A stretch of 64,000 nt of DNA from Tubiluchus corallicola. Taxonomy: Eukaryota > Animalia > Priapulida. The stretch covers positions 2,005 through 66,004 of the forward strand of contig JAQGDQ010001063.1 in the NCBI GenBank assembly GCA_030141605.1, read 5' to 3'. The notes beneath the pieces are model-generated. The model had not been told where the DNA came from. It was given only the letters and a program-made list of their open reading frames with translations, and made no database searches. The position numbers and the translations under genes are program-made. Shown here piece after piece: positions 12,567 to 25,560 of the stretch; the stretch's first letter is position 1; each line of letters starts with the position of its first letter.

Positions 12567-13007
12567 TGTTGTTGTTGTTGGCATCCTTATGTCTCGGAAG
12601 ACAATGGAGTGTGCGCCAAGAGAGTAAGTTATTGATCACATTGATTGAGCTACAGCGTCGACGGTGGCTGAGCAATCCGATCCTTGAACCACTGGAGTCT
12701 CCAGGGCGCACGCCTGGACAAGGTGTATGGAGATCCTTAGTTGCCCAGACAACAGGGAACCCCCTCTCTTCCTCCCTGGTGTAGCCCAAAGGAAAGCGGA
12801 GCGATACGTTTGGCACCAGGTTGGCTGCAGGAGCTGCCGGAGTCAGTGAGCATGCTGCACTGGTCCGTCTTCGGGGCTCCACTCCTGATTTGGAAGGTTT
12901 ATTCCTCTACACATGGCCGTTGGGTCACTTGACCTCCTCCGCCCTCTAGCCGTTGGCTGTTTGTGCAGCTCCTCCGCCTAGTGTCGAGATACAGTGTGGG
13001 CATCCCG
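12567..13007 (-). mobile_element. Short RTE-derived non-autonomous retroelement
   Basis: RTE-type ORF terminus 'SRIGLLSHRRRC' followed by a short 3' UTR and (CAA)n tail, fused to a GC-rich non-coding 5' part. Confidence 0.65.
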
Positions 13008-13123
13008 CATTGCTACTAATTATCAATTGCTATTAATTACATAATAATACGAAATTCTGCAACTACTTTTTTCCTCCCGAAACTTACACACCTAATAGGA
13101 GTGTTAGCTATTAGCTATTTTGA

Positions 13124-13375
13124 ACCAGACGGTTTAGTCTAGTGGTAATGCGTCTGCTTTCCGTCAGGGAGGTCGTGAGTTCGAATCAGCGGCCGAGTCA
13201 TATCAAAGACTTTAAAAATGGTACCTGCTGATGCCCTGCCTGACGCGCGGTATATAGGGTAAAAGTGGGGTAATATTAGTCTCTGTTATGTAGTTGTAGG
13301 TTGTTATTTAAAGTCGGCGATAATAGCTCTTTGAACTAATGTTAATTGTCGACCCAAAAGCCGACTTTAAATAAT
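13124..13375 (+). mobile_element. tRNA-derived SINE (central domain resembles Meta-SINE)
   Basis: A box TAGTCTAGTGG (13135), B box GAGTTCGAATC (13177), then GGCCGAGTCATATCAAAGACTTTAAAAATGGTACC; 3' end approximate. Confidence 0.7.
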
Positions 13376-13520
13376 ATTATAGCTCAGCCATTATACTTTG
13401 CCGGCCAATCATATTTAGTATAGAAAGTACTGATAAATGACACCTGGTGCCTTTAATCTTGTCTCAGAGTGAAATGCAGCCCGCTTCTCCTACGTATCCA
13501 AATTCAAAGTTTTTATTAAG

Positions 13521-14261
13521 GTGCTTAATAGTTAAAGGAAAACAGGATCATGTCAGGATGACTTTTCTTATCCTGTGCTTAATAGTTAAAGGAAAACAGG
13601 ATGACTTTTCTTATCCTGTGCTTAATAGTTAAAGGAAAACAGGATGACTTTTCTTATCCTGTGCTTAATAGTTAAAGGAAAACAGGATGACTTTTCTTAT
13701 CCTGTGCTTAATAGTTAAAGGAAAACAGGATGACTTTTCTTATCCTGTGCTTAATAGTTAAAGGAAAACAGAATGACTTTTCTTATCCTGTGCTTAATAG
13801 TTAAAGGAAAACAGAATGACTTTTCTTATCCTGTGCTTAATAGTTAAAGGAAAACAGAATGACTTTTCTTATCCTGTGCTTAATAGTTAAAGGAAAACAG
13901 AATGACTTTTCTTATCCTGTGCTTAATAGTTAAAGGAAAACAGGATGACTTTTCTTATCCTGTGCTTAATAGTTAAAGGAAAACAGAATGACTTTTCTTA
14001 TCCTGTGCTTAATAGTTAAAGGAAAACAGAATGACTTTTCTTATCCTGTGCTTAATAGTTAAAGGAAAACAGGATGACTTTTCTTATCCTGTGCTTAATA
14101 GTTAAAGGAAAACAGGATGACTTTTCTTATCCTGTGCTTAATAGTTAAAGGAAAACAGGATGACTTTTCTTATCCTGTGCTTAATAGTTAAAGGAAAACA
14201 GAATGACTTTTCTTATCCTGTGCTTAATAGTTAAAGGAAAACAGAATGACTTTTCTTATCC
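13521..14261. repeat. 43-bp minisatellite (~17 copies)
   Basis: gtgcttaatagttaaaggaaaacag(g/a)atgacttttcttatcct. Confidence 0.96.
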
Positions 14262-14427
14262 TATCCCATTTTAAAGTGCAGTAACACGTATAATAAAGGC
14301 AAAGACAGGAGAGTCCAACTAGTGATGAATCATCACAAATGAATATAATTTTCAGCAGCACAAGAAAATTCACGAGCGTGTTGCGTTTGCGAAAGCTAAA
14401 ATTGAACAACAGTGCTACTATACGACA

Positions 14428-14900
14428 CTTCAATTCAATTTTATTTTCTCAATAGCAGTTTAAAATTCGTCATAATTATTTTTACATTTCATTGCAGTTG
14501 AGGAGCAGCGAAAGACCTATTGGTCACTTGGTCAGCTGCCCCTTGTTAAAAATACAAGTTTATTCACAAGGTGATGACATTTTTTAGGTGTTTGTGCACA
14601 TATAAAATGCAAAAGCAACAGAAATCAACTCAAAGCAGAAATGCAATTCAAAGCATAACAAGGACTAACATCAAGCAAAAAATTAATGAAATTCAATGTA
14701 GAGCAAAAAATAACATCAAACAAAGCAACAAAAATCTACTAAAAGCAAAAATGCAATTGCACTCAGAATAAAAGGAAGTTTTCACAAGCAATGCAAAACG
14801 GAATTTAACTTATAGCAAAAAATTATATCTACCAAAATGAAACTCATAGCGAAAGTTTTACAAAGCAAACGCAACTCAACTGAAAGTAAAAGAATTTTAG
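14428..14900 (-). mobile_element. Probable CR1/L2-type LINE 3' UTR remnant
   Basis: On the minus strand: T-rich UTR, GGGGCAGC...GCTGCTCC stem, AATAAA and ttgaattgaa tail. Confidence 0.4.
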
Positions 14901-15341
14901 CGTGATATACAAAACCTCGGCAAATTTTTAGTTTAAAGTTCAAATTTCAAGTTTACCGCCATGGTATGAACACCTTTTAATTAAGGGGTACAGCACCTGT
15001 TTATTGTGTAACGCGTTTCTGAAACGCAGGCACTAGTGTGCCCATCTAACTAGAGAATGGCGAAATGCGTGTAACAGTGAAGAACTACTGACGCGAAACC
15101 GAAATTACCTTTCCGAGATTGTTCCCTTTCAATGTTTTGAAGGGTAAATTGTTTAGAGCAAGTCTTAAGAATGGGAGAGGGTTTCCTTTAAGGTGTGACA
15201 AGAACGGCAACATAATTTTTTTCTGGCAAGTCTACAGGCATTATCTTAGAGCTCATTAACTTGAAAAATTCACAAGAAATTTTCAAAACTTGAGCATTTA
15301 TATACCATTTATTATAGACACGCCAGTGAAATCGTTTGTAT

Positions 15342-15808
15342 TATGTATGTAGGATGGGTCAGATGGAAGCATATGTATGTAGGATGGGTCAGATGGGTCA
15401 GAGTGGAAGCATATGTATGTAGGATGGGTCAGATGGAAGCATATGTATGTAGGATGGGTCAGATGGAAGCATATGTATGTAGGATGGGTCAGATGGAAGC
15501 ATTTGTATGTAGGATGGGTCAGATGGAAGCATATGTATGTAGGATGGGTCAGATGGAAGCATTTGTATGTAGGATGGGTCAGATGGAAGCATATGTATGT
15601 AGGATGGGTCAGATGGAAGCATATGTATGTAGGATGGGTCAGATGGAAGCATATGTATGTAGGGTGGGTCAGATGGAAGCATTTGTATGTAGGATGGGTC
15701 AGATGGAAGCATATGTATGTAGGATGGGTCAGATGGAAGCATTTGTATGTAGGATGGGTCAGATGGAAGCATTTGTATGTAGGATGGGTCAGATGGAAGC
15801 ATATGTAC
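15342..15808. repeat. 30-bp minisatellite (~15 copies)
   Basis: atatgtatgtaggatgggtcagatggaagc. Confidence 0.96.
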
Positions 15809-16523
15809 GTAGCCTATGGCAACACTCAAATGCAAAAATGTTAAGTAACTCCGCGTTTGATAAATATTGAAATTATTCTTCTGATGTTTCTAACTGGTCA
15901 GGATACAACGTTAAGCAGTTCTTCACACACTTGGCATAAACATTTAGCGAATGCATAACTCTACGCAAGAAACCATAACCATTGTTATGATGCCTAATCG
16001 TAAAAGACCACAAGTATAAAGCATTACTGGACGAATTTATGAATGATAAATAGCTTTTTAGAAATAATTTCTTGTTTAATGCCACATTTTGTAATAGATT
16101 TATTTTGCCAGCCTTCGTAAATATGCATGTCAATGACTGGATTTAGTTTAACATAAAATGGTTTTCAACTGCGAAAAGTTTACAATATTTTTGTCTGTTA
16201 TGAGTCATGTATAAATGGATACATACATTAAATTCATTTTAACTAGTGACTATTTATGCTCTGTACTGCTATAAAGCAGTTATCAGGCTAAATTTAGCAC
16301 TGCTACTAGCAAATATCATTCAAGCTCATAAATGCAAAAAAGTTGGAGTGGTTAAGAATCTCATTGGCTAAAAATTGAAATGCATTTGAACAATAGTTCA
16401 TAGTTTGTGATTGAAGCTTTAGATAGAGGGCACTATCATCATTTACGTGACAATTAGAACCACGTTGATCACCAGAAATGGTCACAGCAATTGATTAACG
16501 ATGCTGACAATTATGATTTTCAG

Positions 16524-17089
16524 GTACACTGAGTCCTGAAAACTTTCTAAGATTCGTCAACAGTAGGGAAGTATCCTCGTCATACATCGACGCTGCTGTA
16601 GACGTATCCCCTCAACTTTCAGAAACGTTTCAACGGTACACAGAAGAATATGCATTCAAGGAAAGAAAGAAATATGAAAAGGACGTCCTGGAAAGACTAG
16701 TCACGTGGTCGATAACAGAATGGTGGCTTCATGCTCACGATTACTTTCAATTTCTGCGACTGACGGAAGACGGAATGAGACAGAAGACCCAGCAGGCCTT
16801 TGAGGAAGAAAAGGATATTCAGGGGAGACGCATGGGCGTGGCTTATACAATGATAATCATTTCAATAGCTGCCTGGTTAGTGGTAGTGGTCGCCAGTAAG
16901 GGATTCGTTGACAAGATCAGGCACACTGAAATTCGAAGCATGTTGTCTAAAGCTACAACTGCAATGGTAGGATTTGTTTCCGGTTTAGTGCCAAAGTTAA
17001 ATCTGAACGAACCCAAGGAAGAAGAACTTATAGAATCAGACGAAAAAGACGAAAAGTCAAATAATTTTAACGAAGTTTCACTAGAGTGA
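16524..17089 (+). CDS. NIT-like domain two-TM protein B, coding exon 2
   Basis: gattttcag|GT ACA CTG...; open frame GTLSPENFLRFVNSREVSSSYIDAAVDVS...AHDYFQFLR...QGRRMGVAYTMIIISIAAWLVVVVASK...SLE*; aligns to exon 2 of A. Spliced CDS 1173 nt (390 aa). Confidence 0.85.
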
Positions 17090-17392
17090 TCGAAGGTATG
17101 AGCTTTGTCTTGCAAATCTAAAATTTCTATTTAGAAGGAGACGTTTCAACATACAGTAATTCTTAAAAATGTTTGTAGCTGTCTGAACTTATCGGAATTG
17201 TTTCAGAATTGTTTACCATACTCCAATGCAAATTGTTACTCCCATGCTAATCAACAGTAGCTACTGTACAGTATTTTTGCCCTTTGGCTGTGTCAATCTG
17301 TTTTACGTTATCTGTACAAATGTCTGCAATAAGACAGCATATTCGATGACCTTCACGGTCTCTTAAGAATATCACCTCTTTAAGTTCGTTTC

Positions 17393-18292
17393 ATCATGTA
17401 TGCTCCATCATTGTATCACTGTTTAACCAATCCCTGACCAATGATGAAAGTGATCATGTATGATCCATCATTGTATCACTGTTTAACCAATCCGTGACCA
17501 ATGATGAAAGTGATCATGTATGATCCATCATTGTATCACTGTTTAACCAATCCGTGACCAATGATGAAAGTGATCATGTATGATCCATCATTGTATCACT
17601 GTTTAACCAATCCCTGACTAATGATGAAAGTGATCATGTATGATCCATCATTGTATCACTGTTTAACCAATCCCTGACCAATGATGAAAGTGATCATGTA
17701 TAATCCATCATTGTATCACTGTTTAACCAATCCCTGACTAATGATGAAAGTGATCATGTATGATCCATCATTGTATCACTGTTTAACCAATCCGTGACCA
17801 ATGATGAAAGTGATCATGTATAATCCATCATTGTATCACTGTTTAACCAATCCGTGACCAATGATGAAAGTGATCATGTATGCTCCATCATTGTATTACT
17901 GTTTAACCAATCCGTGACCAATGATGAAAGTGATCATGTATAATCCATCATTGTATCACTGTTTAACCAATCCGTGACCAATGATGAAAGTGATCATGTA
18001 TAATCCATCATTGTATCACTGTTTAACCAATCCGTGACCAATGATGAAAGTGATCATGTATGATCCATCATTGTATCACTGTTTAACCAATCCGTGACCA
18101 ATGATGCAAGTGATCATGTATAATCCATCATTGTATTACTGTTTAACCAATCCGTGACCAATGATGCAAGTGATCATGTATAATCCATCATTGTATTACT
18201 GTTTAACCAATCCGTGACCAATGATGAAAGTGATCATGTATAATCCATCATTGTATTACTGTTTAACCAATCCGTGACCAATGATGAATGTG
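17393..18292. repeat. 60-bp minisatellite (15 copies)
   Basis: Exact 60-nt periodicity visible line to line. Confidence 0.97.
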
Positions 18293-18332
18293 AAGAATGT
18301 CGTGTAGAAAATCAGTGCCTTTTTATTATATA

Positions 18333-18675
18333 CAGTCGACCCTCGTTAAACCGGACCCCGTTAGCCCAGATATCGGATAAGACGGACGTCATCCGTGGTA
18401 AAGGAAACTGACCAATTTCCGCCCGAGCCCGAGCGCTAAACACAACACGGCCTACCAACTGTACAATAATTTCTTTATCCTCACAGGTTAACTATTTTAA
18501 AGTAATATACAGTATAGTATATAGTGCACAGTATATAGTGCAATGTACATAGGCCTTATTAAGATGATCATTCCTGTATAATGTAAACTGTATATAGGCA
18601 TATCGGATCAATCGGTCAATCGGCTAAACCGGACCCCCCCCCCCCCAATTAGTCCGGTTTAACGAGGGTTGACTG
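18333..18675. mobile_element. Tc1/mariner-pogo-type MITE
   Basis: 24-bp TIRs CAGTCGACCCTCGTTAAACCGGAC / GTCCGGTTTAACGAGGGTTGACTG (1 mismatch), flanked by TA on both sides. Confidence 0.92.
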
Positions 18676-19827
18676 TATAGTTTTGAAAGTAGAAAGTTTT
18701 TGCAAATAATTTAGCTATTATACAGACAGGGATAGTTTTAACACGAATAGTATACTAAATCGTATAAAACAAACCAAAATCTAGACACGTGAATGAAAGT
18801 TTTAGCGAATTTTCGAAGCACAAAGATACCATTGAGCATACGTAATAGTTCAGTCCATAATGTTAATAATAATTTTGAATGATTTTTACTTCCTGCGTGA
18901 CAAGACAAGAATCGTTTTGCATCTCAAGACAGCAATTTCCCAACAAACATTTAATAGAGCTATCAATACACGTCGCAGGTTTCGACTCAGGACAACGACA
19001 CGGCTAGTGCATTTTTATCTAGGTGGACCATTTGTAGTTTCGTAAATTGGCGTTTTGTGTTACATTTTCTTTTCTAACTTCATGTTATTCTGGGCCAACG
19101 AGGTTCATACTGACGAGCATCGATTGTTAAGCAAAATGACTACCGTATTCTTTGAAATGTCTGTCTATTGCTGACTTTGTTGTGTGTGTAAAAGCAGCTT
19201 ATGTATAATTTATGAATAGAGAAGCCAGTTGTTAGTGTCTTTTGATCAAAATAGCTATACCTATTGTAAATAAATGTTGCCTTTGTTTTTACATTTTTGT
19301 TAACTTGTTTACAGTTTCTTGAAATCCATTTATAAATAATCATCCACACGTCACTTCCGTTTCCGTTTAGAAATCAATTATTACACCGTTGTCCCCAGAG
19401 TTGAGAAAGCATTAAGCATCTGAAGCTCAGAACTTTTACCTGTGCAGCTTCAGCAGCGCAGCCAAGGCAACCTTTTTCATTAGTCTACCTCATGAGCACG
19501 TTAGCCATGCTCAATTAACTTCTAGACTACACGCAAGCTTTGCAAGCTTGACTTTTATTCCTTGGCTCAACTGAACAACGCCTTGATACAAGTTTAATTT
19601 GTCTCAGGTAATAAATCTGCAAGCTGATTGATCTACAGCATAGAGAATTTTCCTAGTGGTGGGTATTAATTTTATATAGAACCTCCTCAGTTATGAAAAA
19701 AAACGTATGCAACGTCAACTTAATTTTGCAACTTAGCACATGTACAGTATAAGGAAATTACAGTGTTACAAAATCTAACCACTACGCTTCAAAATAACCC
19801 GTGATTTTGTACGAACATGTTCCAGTA

Positions 19828-19960
19828 CGTGAAACGCATTGTTTATTTAACTGTATGTGAAACGCATTGTTTATTTACCTGTATGCGAAACGCATTGTTT
19901 ATTTACCTGTATGCGAAACGCATTGTTTATTTACCCGTATGCGAAACCATTGTTTATTTA
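19828..19960. repeat. ~28-bp tandem repeat (~5 copies)
   Basis: gaaacgcattgtttatttacctgtatgc. Confidence 0.85.
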
Positions 19961-22900
19961 AGTGTGTGATTTGTTAACTGTACTTGTGTTTAAGTTTGTT
20001 AAAGGAAAAGAGAGGGGTACTTGAAGTAGGTTTCAGAAAAATCGCCTTAAAATTTTATTTCTTTATAGCAACTTTATGTGTATATCGTACTCGCATTGAA
20101 AGGAATTTTTGTCTGTTTTCATTTTAAATTTCCCGTAATATTGTTCCGAAGTGGCCGTTGCGTGACGTCATATAAGCACAACGTAAATCAGGGGAAGAAA
20201 AGGAAATGTTAAATTGTGTCCCAAAAAGATTTCCATGCAAATCTATATTACTGAGCTTTTCGCTCACCTGGTGGAAAGACTTAGGTAACTAGATGCTATC
20301 CAAAATGTCAGTATGTAAGTGGCATAAAATTTCAAAACGATTTTTTAAGCTTTATGTAAGTGGAGGGTTTTCTTTAATGTGCTATAAAAAGCATTTATAT
20401 ATTTCTAAAAAATGCAATGCGGCAAAATAGCTTTGAAAAGTGTTGCAGATTAAGAAGTTTAACGACGCCATTGCATGCCTCAATTCTGGAACTTTCGGAA
20501 GATCCAAGTTACTGCTTCCAGGAGACAATAGTTGAAACGTGGGACATCGAACCACCCAAATTCCAATGCACCAAAAACACTTGAGCACAGTTGTCAACAT
20601 CAACACCATCTGTCAGAATTATTAGAATTCACACCCTTCTTAAAACTGCCCCAGCTGCTTGAGCAGGGACTTATTAACCAATAGGCTAACTAGGCTAGAG
20701 CCTTGGGCAGGAAAGTTTGAGGGCGCCAGATTTTAGGCGCCCAATTTAAAAAATTCTTATTCTCCTCGGAAAATGTGAATCCGTTCATATTCATGTAAAG
20801 CAAGCACTTACGACACATCACAGCCAGTAACTGGGTCCAGTTGTTATACAAGTGCCACATAACGAAAAGGTGCAAGGTACTACACAACAAGCAGTTGCCC
20901 AGCCTGCTTGTATATAAGTGCTGTTCATATACACGTAGTTAACGATGACCATGTAGAAACTAGGTTAATATTATTACTAGTACACCACAAGTAATTGTTT
21001 AATTTGCTGAATACATAAGCAACGATAAATTCACAATAGAAATGGGCGGAACAGTATAGGTGTCATAAAGTCTTGATACGCCCCTGGGGTTGCTTCCAGC
21101 AAAATAATTCCCTCTGCTTAAGCCGCCCCAAAATTTTAAACCAAGAGTGGATTTCACACTAATAATTGAAGTCTAAGTGCAGACATAGAAACACACGACG
21201 AACAAATGAACACCCAAATCATTAGGTAAGTGTCTTATCAGTTTTAGCCTCATGCAGCAATACGCTAACCATCAGCGTGGCAAGACCTCTACTTCAACAA
21301 AGCCATGACCGTAAGGTAGTCGTAGTCAAGGTCATATTCGCACCCCGTCTAGCGCCGCCCTTGACATACGGCAATTGTTCAATAAAGATTCACAGCAAGG
21401 GAAGGTAATCGTAGTCATGGTCATAGCGCCGCCCTTGACATACGGCAATTGTTCAATAAAGATTCACAGCAAGGGAAATCATCAAGATGCGCCATTGATC
21501 TATAACGCAGAGTAATTATTGCTGATCAAACTTGCAGTGGAAGCCAAAATATGAAAAACATGATTATCGAACAAAAGTTTGCTGTACGTATTTGATATTT
21601 ATAAAATTGAAATTCTCTAAGCTTGCTATTGCAGCTGCTCTGTGATATTTCATTGTATGTTTATGAGTAACATCGCCATCGTCACCGTCATCGCTGTTGC
21701 TAATGGTGCTGCTGGTATGGATGTTAGTGAGAGCGAATGAGTGGGTGTAATGCTGTGAATGCCGTTGCTGCACTGCTACTACAACGAATAAAATTAACCC
21801 CCTCGCCCCGACTGGTGCCGCCCCCTACGAATCATGGGATCAATCAATTTCTAAACTGTTCAACTTGAGACGGGAACTATTTACCAGTGGTGCGTGATCA
21901 GGCTGTTGGTTATAGCTGACAGGCTACAACACAATCGGAAATAAGTAAATAGAATCCTGCAATATTATTTGGTAAGTACTAACATGAGATCCTGTTGCAT
22001 TTGCACAATATAAACTCAGCATGAGCTGGTTTAACTTACACAAATCAAGTATCACTGAACGACACGATATGCAATAATTCCCGCTCGTCTAACCAAAACA
22101 AATGTCAACTGAATATGTTTCTTTCAAATAAAAGAATGACGCTTTGACGAGTGTCGGACATGTGAGAATCGAGGATCTGAATTGCTCATCGTCAGACTGT
22201 TACAGTTGTGCTTCAAATTTGACTAATTAATATTTATTGCAGGTAGAAGTAGAAAAAGATAATATATAGAATTACCACGAACAAAATCTGGTTTGTTCAA
22301 GTAAATAATATAATTTTGCAATTAGCAGCTATCACTTTATTACTTACTTGTGTATTAACATATTACTATGTATTATATACAATAGACACCTAAAAGTCCA
22401 AAAATTTCAAATTTTATCACTGCACGCTTAAGCGCGTGATTGACGCATGCGCAAACAACTGATAGCTCATTAATCATGAATCACTTTTAATAATCAATCG
22501 TTAAATTTTTAATTTCCGTATTTTATAGACGCTGTAGCGGGTACTATATGCTGATAATTTGCACTTGTTATTGTGTTTGTGGAAACGCAATATTGTGATT
22601 AGATTTATTGAAAAAAAACACAATATAAAATAAAATGTCTAAATAAAATGAAACAAAAATAAAAGGGTTTTCCAAAGATCTTTGTTCATTTCAAGCTTTT
22701 TCAATTTAGAATTTAAATTATCATCAAGTCCTTAAAAGTTTAAAGCGAAAAATTAAATAATGAATTAAATTGTACAAACTGAAATTCCTCTTCTCTCTCT
22801 CTCTCTCCCTCCCTCTCACTCCATCCCACTCCAGGTGAAGGTGAGACGTGGGGGGTGATTAGAGAAAGCATGATAGAGGGAGTGGAATTTTTTTACAAAA

Positions 22901-23510
22901 AAACTACCATTTACACTGAAGAAAGAACTAAAAACAACATACATCTTTAAAACGAGAATTTCATCATTTCATATGATTAAAGGAGAAGTCCATCAATTTC
23001 ATCACATCCCGTTTCTCCTCAATTCACTCCAGTCCTTTAGATTACAAACTTGTAATAGCAAAAGTTTGCAAAACCGTCGCACACTCGTACATACATGCAG
23101 TCAGATGACGGCATTCCTAAAAATCGCCACTCATGCCTAAAATTTCTAATCGAAGTTGGAGCCAGCCGTCAACACATAAAAGGTGACAACAGAAAGGTGA
23201 TAGAGGTATCAGGTGCTCAGTTATTAGAAGATAATGAGACCATAATGTTTTTATGGAGATACCACCTGCATATACCATTTCCTAAATACAATAATAATAA
23301 TACTAACACACTATATATATATAAAACACACACACTATATATATATATGGTGTGTGTGTTTTATATATATATATATATATAGTGTGTTATTATTATTATT
23401 ATTGTTATTTAGTGTTGTAATATTATGTATACAGATATTATTAGTGTTAGCAACATTATTGTGCAATATAAAATTAGTATGTTGCAACATTATTAGTCTT
23501 GCAATACACA

Positions 23511-23527
23511 TGCACGCAAGCACGCAT

Positions 23528-23591
<64 letters not shown>

Positions 23592-23595
23592 GCAC

Positions 23596-23622
<27 letters not shown>
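23511..23622. repeat. (CA)n microsatellite
   Basis: Visible simple repeat. Confidence 0.95.
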
Positions 23623-23629
<7 letters not shown>

Positions 23630-23781
23630 GGTAACATTTTTGGTGGAAACACTAATAAAAATTCCACTAAGCAGCATTTTTGACTTTTACTTTTTCATGC
23701 CTTTGTGTTTTTTATAAAAACTGCTAACTTTGGCACTAAAATACAAAATTAAGAAGGCGTATGCGAGTATTTGTGACTTAC

Positions 23782-23910
23782 GCTAAGACAATAACAGAGA
23801 AGTCCAGCCAGTTCCATGGATCACGAAGATATGTATGTCGATTAAGAATAAATCCTCGAGCTATGACTTTAACTACCATTTCTAAAGTGTAAACACCAAG
23901 GAAGATATAT
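23782..23910 (-). CDS. Nav2: Nav2-like channel, domain I S2-S3 exon
   Basis: tttcag|...|gtaagt; 129 nt, phase 2/2; [42 protein letters not shown](A), containing the diagnostic 'ARGF...[11 protein letters not shown]'. Confidence 0.96.
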
Positions 23911-23973
23911 CTGAAATAAATAAAATAAGATCTTTCTTAATCTTGTGCGTGGTTAAAAACAGGGCGCGCTAAA

Positions 23974-24212
23974 AGTAATGATACCTCCTACACATCATCA
24001 CTGTACTACTTCAATGTACAGTATCAATATAAAATGACCAATCAAAAATACATAGTAATGATATCTGCTACACATCATCACTGTACAACTTTAATGTACA
24101 GTATCAATATAAAATGACCAATCAAAAATACATAGTAATGATATCTGCTACACATTATCACTGTACAACTTTAATGTACAGTATCAATATAAAATGACAA
24201 ATCAAAAATACA
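23974..24212. repeat. 80-bp tandem repeat (3 copies)
   Basis: agtaatgata...caaaaatacat at 23974, 24054 and 24134. Confidence 0.9.
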
Positions 24213-24304
24213 CCAATCGATAAAGAAATTCACTAAGTATGGCATCAATTAGTATTACTACGAATTATAAGGAAAAATAATTGAGCGTTCACAGTGTGTG
24301 CTTA

Positions 24305-24372
24305 GCGATGGAAGTTAAGAAGCCCGAAGCTTAGTCAGTGGATGGACGAATGACCACCGGGAGAATTGCTTC
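24305..24372 (+). mobile_element. Possible degenerate 5S rRNA-derived (SINE3) head
   Basis: gaagttaagaagcccgaagcttagtcagtggatggacgaatgaccaccggga aligns by eye to the 5S internal control region (GAAGCTAAGCAG...TAGT...TGGATGGGAGACC). Confidence 0.35.
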
Positions 24373-24469
24373 TAGGCAATTTCATAACCTCTGCCAGTCC
24401 AATGGCTCATCTTAGAACATTACAGTTGATGGGTTCCGTCCTGCTACAATTGTCCTACGAATGAGTTGA

Positions 24470-25560
24470 AAATATTGAAAGGCGATGACTGTGAATCAAA
24501 AAGGAAAAGACGCATTGACAACGAGAAGAAAAAATTGGGAGGCAGTGACAATGAATCAAAAAGGTAGAAATGCAAAATGGACATTGAAATCAAGCTATGA
24601 CAACGAACTGAAAAAGTTAGGTGGCAATGACAATGGATTGAAAAAGTAGGGCAGCAATGACAATGGATCGAAAATGTTAAGAGGCAATGACAATGGATCA
24701 AAAAGGTTGAGAGGCAAAGACAATGAACGGAAAAAGCTGAGAGGCAAAGCCAATAGATCAAAAAGTTGAGAGGCAAAGCCAATGAACAGAAAAGTCTGAG
24801 AGGCAAAGCCAATGAACAGAAAAGTTTGAGAGGCAAAGCCAATAGATCAAAAAGTTGAGAGGCAAAGACAATGAACAGAAAAGTCTGAGAGGCAAAGCCA
24901 ATGAACAGAAAAGTTTGAGAGGCAAAGCCAATAGATCAAAAAGTTTGAGAGGCAAAGACAATAGATCAAAAAGTTTGAGAGGCAAAGACAATGAACAGAA
25001 AAGTTTGAGAGGCAAAGACAATAGATCAAAAAGTTGAGAGGCAAAGCCAATGAACAGAAAAGTCTGAGAGGCAAAGACAATGAACAGAAAAGTTTGAGAG
25101 GCAAAGCCAATAGATCAAAAAGTTGAGAGGCAAAGACAATGAACAGAAAAGTCTGAGAGGCAAAGACAATGAACAGAAAAGTTTGAGAGGCAAAGCCAAA
25201 CGATCAAAAAGTTTGAGAGGCAAAGACAATGAACAGAAAAGTTTGAGAGGCAAAGCCAATAGATCAAAAAGTTTGAGAGGCAAAGACAATGAACAGAAAA
25301 GTTTGAGAGGCAAAGACAATGAACAGAAAAGTCTGGGAGGCAAATACAAATGGACTGAAAAGGTAGGTCAGTAATAACAATGGATTGAAAAGGCTGAAAG
25401 GCAAAGACAAACGATTGAAAAGGTAGAGTGGTAATAACAATGGACTGAAAAAGTAGGTCGGTAATGACAATGGATTGAAAAGGTTGAACGGTGATTGCAA
25501 CGGATCGAAAATATTGGATGGTGATGGCAATGGACTAAAAATGATGCAATGATGAAAATG
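24470..25560. repeat. 29/30-bp minisatellite with homogeneous core and decayed flanks
   Basis: Core (24700-25345) gagaggcaaag(a/c)caatgaacagaaaagttt; flanks keep the 30-nt period with many substitutions. Confidence 0.92.

Noticed and set aside
13124-13200. Functional tRNA gene
   Set aside because: A and B boxes are present, but there is no clean acceptor stem or terminator and the sequence continues into a SINE-like body. The same applies to 46440-46522 and 38790-38860.
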